Source of the DNA: an uncultured virus (IMG/VR IMGVR_UViG_3300028805_000102)
Taxonomy: Duplodnaviria; Heunggongvirae; Uroviricota; Caudoviricetes
Virus record (IMG/VR): IMGVR_UViG_3300028805_000102
Length of the DNA: 64,000 bases
Reading direction: 5' to 3' (one strand)
Shown: positions 60,692-64,000 of the stretch, in pieces
Layout: each line of letters opens with the position of its first letter
Numbering within the stretch: position 1 is the stretch's first letter
Program-made: the position numbers and the translations under genes
Notes under the pieces: model-generated
The model's input: the letters and a program-made list of their open reading frames with translations, nothing else
Databases searched by the model: none
Told to the model about the DNA's origin: nothing

Positions 60692-60746
60692 ACTATAAGT
60701 TATTAAAAAATAACTTTTATAAAGAAAATTAAAATTGATAAAGAAT

Positions 60747-61646
60747 ATGGAAAGAAAAGAGGCAATAGAAATTATAAGAAGCAATTTCCATAATGGAAGT
60801 GTTAAGTTAAGTGAGGCATTGAAAACACTCATTCCTGAACTTGAAGAAAATGAAAACGATGACGATGGAATAAGAATGGACCTTATTGAGTTTGTTAGAC
60901 AATATGGTGATAACTATTATGGTCAATTTTCAAAGGCATCCGTAATTTCTTGGCTTGAAAAGCAAGGTGAGCAAAACAAACAGCATCTATATGATATAAT
61001 TATATCCCTATGGGGTTTATTGGATAAAATAGATACGTTTGTAGACTTGCAAATAAATGATACTAGTCAACATAATCCTTTTAGAAAAATAGAGGATATA
61101 ACACAAGAAAGACATAAATTTGTGAAATCAGATGGATATAATTTGTTCATTGATGACTTTATGATAACGAATGATAAAAATTTTGAAAAACAGGGTGAGA
61201 AAAAATCTGCAGATAATGTTGGCCCAAAGTTCAAAGCTGGTGATTGGATTATCTGCGATGGACTTCATCCTGCACTTATATTAAATGTTGCCGATAATAA
61301 GTATGAAATCGAATTTACCGATAATGGTGCTGTAGGGCATCATGCTATTGATTTCATAGAGAGACATTGGCATCTTTGGACCATCGAGGATGCAAAGGAT
61401 GGTGATGTACTTGTAAGCGGTAGTGGCTGCCCGTTTATTTATAAAAATATTAATGATAGATTGGCTCTATTTTATTGTTGTGTAAGTGCTGATAATGATT
61501 TCCTTATTGGTAATGATAGAAGTTATTGTGGTCTTAAAAAAACAGCCAAGCCTGCAACCAAGAAACAACACGACTACCTATTCCAAAGAATGAATGATGC
61601 GGAATATAAATGGGACGCGAACAAAAAAGAATTGCATGCAATATAA
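60747..61646 (+). CDS. modular family B protein
   Basis: MERKEAIEI, WLEKQ, PKFKAGDW...HLWTIEDAKDGDVL...PATKKQ. Confidence 0.85.
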   Translation: MERKEAIEIIRSNFHNGSVKLSEALKTLIPELEENENDDDGIRMDLIEFVRQYGDNYYGQFSKASVISWLEKQGEQNKQHLYDIIISLWGLLDKIDTFVDLQINDTSQHNPFRKIEDITQERHKFVKSDGYNLFIDDFMITNDKNFEKQGEKKSADNVGPKFKAGDWIICDGLHPALILNVADNKYEIEFTDNGAVGHHAIDFIERHWHLWTIEDAKDGDVLVSGSGCPFIYKNINDRLALFYCCVSADNDFLIGNDRSYCGLKKTAKPATKKQHDYLFQRMNDAEYKWDANKKELHAI

Positions 61647-61688
61647 TACTACATTAAATTTTTAATACATAAACTTTAAATTTTGGTT

Positions 61689-62696
61689 ATGGAAAGAAAA
61701 AAAGCAATAGAAATTGTAAGAAAGAATTTTCCTGACAGTAGCTTCACTATGTTGTGTGAGGCATTGAAAACCTTAATTCCAGAACTCATAGAGATTGAGG
61801 ATGAGAAGATAAGGAAAGAAATCCTTGAGGATGAGAAGATAAGAAAAGAAATCCTTGATTATTTCAAAGACCTTGATGAACACGGTTATCCGACCAAAGA
61901 ATGGACTGCTTGGGTTGAAAAGCAAGGTAAACAAAAGTCTAAAGACAAATATACATTTAATTCAATACCTCGCTTGCTTGAAATGATTAAGCCAACAGAT
62001 AGAGCAAAAAGATATTGCCAAAAGTTGATTGATTCTTTACAGCAAGAAGGATATGTTACAGATGCTAAGATAATTAGTAAATGTCTAAAACGAATGAACG
62101 GTGAGAAAGTTTCCATAGTCACTATGGATGAAAAACAAGGAGAACCTGAATCAAATAATAAAGTTGAGCAAAAGTTTGAGACAATGTTCAAGGTTGGGAA
62201 TTGGATTGTTACCAATGACGGGATTACTACCAACAATGGTACAAACACGTTTTTAATAACGAATATTAATTGCGGATATGACTCATTAGGAGAGAATATG
62301 ATTTATAGACATTACTGCTCATTAGAAGATACTGAAGGTGTTGTTCATTATCCTTGTCTACTATCTGAAAATCTCTACCACCCATGGACCATCAACGATG
62401 CAAAGGATGGTGACGTAGTTGTCGATAAATCCAATGGAATTATTGGGATATTTCAAAGCATAGGACACCACACCGATGGTGGTAGTTATAATGACCCTTC
62501 TTATTGTTTCCTACATTGTCGTTATGATGACGGATTCTTTTATGCAGATTTTGAAAATGGAAATATGATTGATTCTGATAATTTAATTCCGGCTACTAAA
62601 GAACAGCGAAATACTCTCTTTGTAAAAATGAAAGAGGCTGGTTATGAATGGAATGTAAACAAAAAAGAAATAGTTTCAATATCAAAAGATAAATAA
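61689..62696 (+). CDS. modular family B protein
   Basis: First ~100 bp near-identical to 4534; 30-bp tandem repeat at 61797-61856; WTINDAKDGD module. Confidence 0.85.
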   Translation: MERKKAIEIVRKNFPDSSFTMLCEALKTLIPELIEIEDEKIRKEILEDEKIRKEILDYFKDLDEHGYPTKEWTAWVEKQGKQKSKDKYTFNSIPRLLEMIKPTDRAKRYCQKLIDSLQQEGYVTDAKIISKCLKRMNGEKVSIVTMDEKQGEPESNNKVEQKFETMFKVGNWIVTNDGITTNNGTNTFLITNINCGYDSLGENMIYRHYCSLEDTEGVVHYPCLLSENLYHPWTINDAKDGDVVVDKSNGIIGIFQSIGHHTDGGSYNDPSYCFLHCRYDDGFFYADFENGNMIDSDNLIPATKEQRNTLFVKMKEAGYEWNVNKKEIVSISKDK

Positions 62697-62782
62697 AATA
62701 TGTAGGTAGAAAGGTTGATTAGTCCAAGCATGTACAATAATATTGTCTATAAAAATTGGCTTTTGTAAAAATTTTTCAAGAT

Positions 62783-62826
62783 TTTGATCCAACTTTCAAA
62801 AAGTCGTATTATATTTACCTCAACAA
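62783..62826 (+). promoter_or_regulatory. class-1 promoter motif
   Basis: TTTGATCCAACTTTC...TATATTTACCTCAACAAA. Confidence 0.75.
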
Positions 62827-62855
62827 ATTAACATTAACATTAAAATTAAACGGAT

Positions 62856-63209
62856 ATGAGTACTAAGAACATTTTAACAGATGAAACTGAAATTGCAATC
62901 AATTCATTCAAGAACAGATTGAAATCTTTAGGATTCAAAAAAATAATTGACGGATGTGACTATACTACATACCGTTATGACGAACTATGTGAAGACACAA
63001 GCAAATCCCTAACATTGGAAATCCAAGAAAAATCAGGAGCAACTACGTACAATTTATACACAACGGACTTTGACAATACTAAACCAAAAGGTCATCAGAA
63101 ATTTATAAAACGTGTATACCGCACAATGGTGTCCTTTAAATATTCTGAAAAAGAATTTGACAAAATCATCAAGAAATACAAATTCTCGACTCTTAAAAAA
63201 TCCAAATAA
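62856..63209 (+). CDS. hypothetical protein
   Basis: 117-aa ORF after a class-1 promoter. Confidence 0.7.
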   Translation: MSTKNILTDETEIAINSFKNRLKSLGFKKIIDGCDYTTYRYDELCEDTSKSLTLEIQEKSGATTYNLYTTDFDNTKPKGHQKFIKRVYRTMVSFKYSEKEFDKIIKKYKFSTLKKSK

Positions 63210-63217
63210 TTACGGTT

Positions 63218-63727
63218 ATGACAAAATCAAAAGCATTAAAATTGCTTAAACAGCAATTAGAGAAAGATGATACAGTTCTTATTAGCTTATATGATATATA
63301 TAAGAAAGAGCTTCGATATAATCAAGAAATCGTAGAGACAAGAGGTAAGAGCGACTTTCGTCAAGACCTACAGGATTTTGTAATAGAACAGGTGAAGGTT
63401 TCAGACCTCATCAAAAACTTGAAAAAAGAAGAGGTCAAACTTCAAGATATTGTGATAGACGAAAATAAAATAGCAGAAGAAAAATGCTATATGCCGGAGC
63501 TTCGTCCATCATTGACTTACCAAGTGCTTGTGATGGAGATTGAAAAAATCAAAAAGCCACTAATGATTCCAGCCTACATTGTAGAATCTGTTAATGAACT
63601 TAGTGACTTCATACATAATCCTGAAAATAAGAAGATTCTCGACACTCACGAATATGCTATGAAGAAAATACTTCATGGTTATATCGCAAATGCTTTTACA
63701 TCAGTAAATAACTCAATGTTCAGGTAA
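63218..63727 (+). CDS. hypothetical protein, probable paralog of 36629
   Basis: MTKSKALK N-terminus. Confidence 0.7.
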   Translation: MTKSKALKLLKQQLEKDDTVLISLYDIYKKELRYNQEIVETRGKSDFRQDLQDFVIEQVKVSDLIKNLKKEEVKLQDIVIDENKIAEEKCYMPELRPSLTYQVLVMEIEKIKKPLMIPAYIVESVNELSDFIHNPENKKILDTHEYAMKKILHGYIANAFTSVNNSMFR

Positions 63728-63743
63728 TTAAAAATTTGGAATT

Positions 63744-64000
63744 ATGGAAAATTTTAAGACATTCAAAGAATTCAACTTTGACAAAAATGGATACACGGAC
63801 CTTACAGGTGACAAACAAGAAATAAAGGATTTTCTTATAAAAAACAAAGACTCTCTTCCTGTAAAGGCTGAAATAATGGCAAATGCAACAGAATCAGATA
63901 CAAAGCTTGCAATGCTCTATAACATCTACGGTCTTGTAGACGACTTCGAAATTATAGGTGACGACTTGTATATCCTGTTCTATCCTGTATATTTCACATA
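63744..64000 (+). CDS. hypothetical protein, 3'-truncated by the window edge
   Basis: MENFKTFKEFNF..., open to the end of the window. Confidence 0.6.
   Translation, partial: MENFKTFKEFNFDKNGYTDLTGDKQEIKDFLIKNKDSLPVKAEIMANATESDTKLAMLYNIYGLVDDFEIIGDDLYILFYPVYFT

Noticed and set aside
1..64000. TAG-to-Gln recoding (code 15) as in Lak/crAss-like phages
   Set aside because: Long core genes are intact in code 11, many TAGs are followed within a few nt by the next start (12528, 21407, 28650, 53606), and there is no canonical CTA tRNA.

Overview
This is a 64-kb AT-rich segment of a large T4-like (myovirus-type) jumbo phage. The host is most likely Bacteroidota: genes lack Shine-Dalgarno sites, start in A-rich AAAATT-ATG contexts, and one promoter carries TAnnTTTG. 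The standard code is used, since TAG works as a stop. 1-31.5 kb holds small co-oriented accessory genes: Lar-like proteins, a phosphoesterase, a HAD hydrolase, an ABC ATPase, an EndoV-like glycosylase, MazG, a methyltransferase, an RNA ligase, two expanded paralog families, and an IS607-tnpB element splitting a NUDIX gene. 31.6-36.1 kb is a non-coding island with about 17 conventional tRNAs, a tmRNA, about 7 aberrant tRNA-like RNAs and many unexplained structured spacers. 37-58 kb is the T4-like core (neck, UvsW, clamp loader, Clp-like ATPase, baseplate wedge, probable clamp, PolB, DNA MTase). 58-64 kb holds modular paralog genes. The top finding is at 35,024-35,221, where a promoter, a 23-codon leader peptide and mutually exclusive antiterminator/terminator hairpins precede a 10-gene tRNA operon. 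Fourteen of the 15 core leader codons specify exactly the nine amino acids of those tRNAs. I infer a ribosome-stalling attenuator that turns on the phage's backup tRNAs when matching host tRNAs are depleted or cleaved. All calls come from reading the sequence by eye; no searches or folding programs were run.
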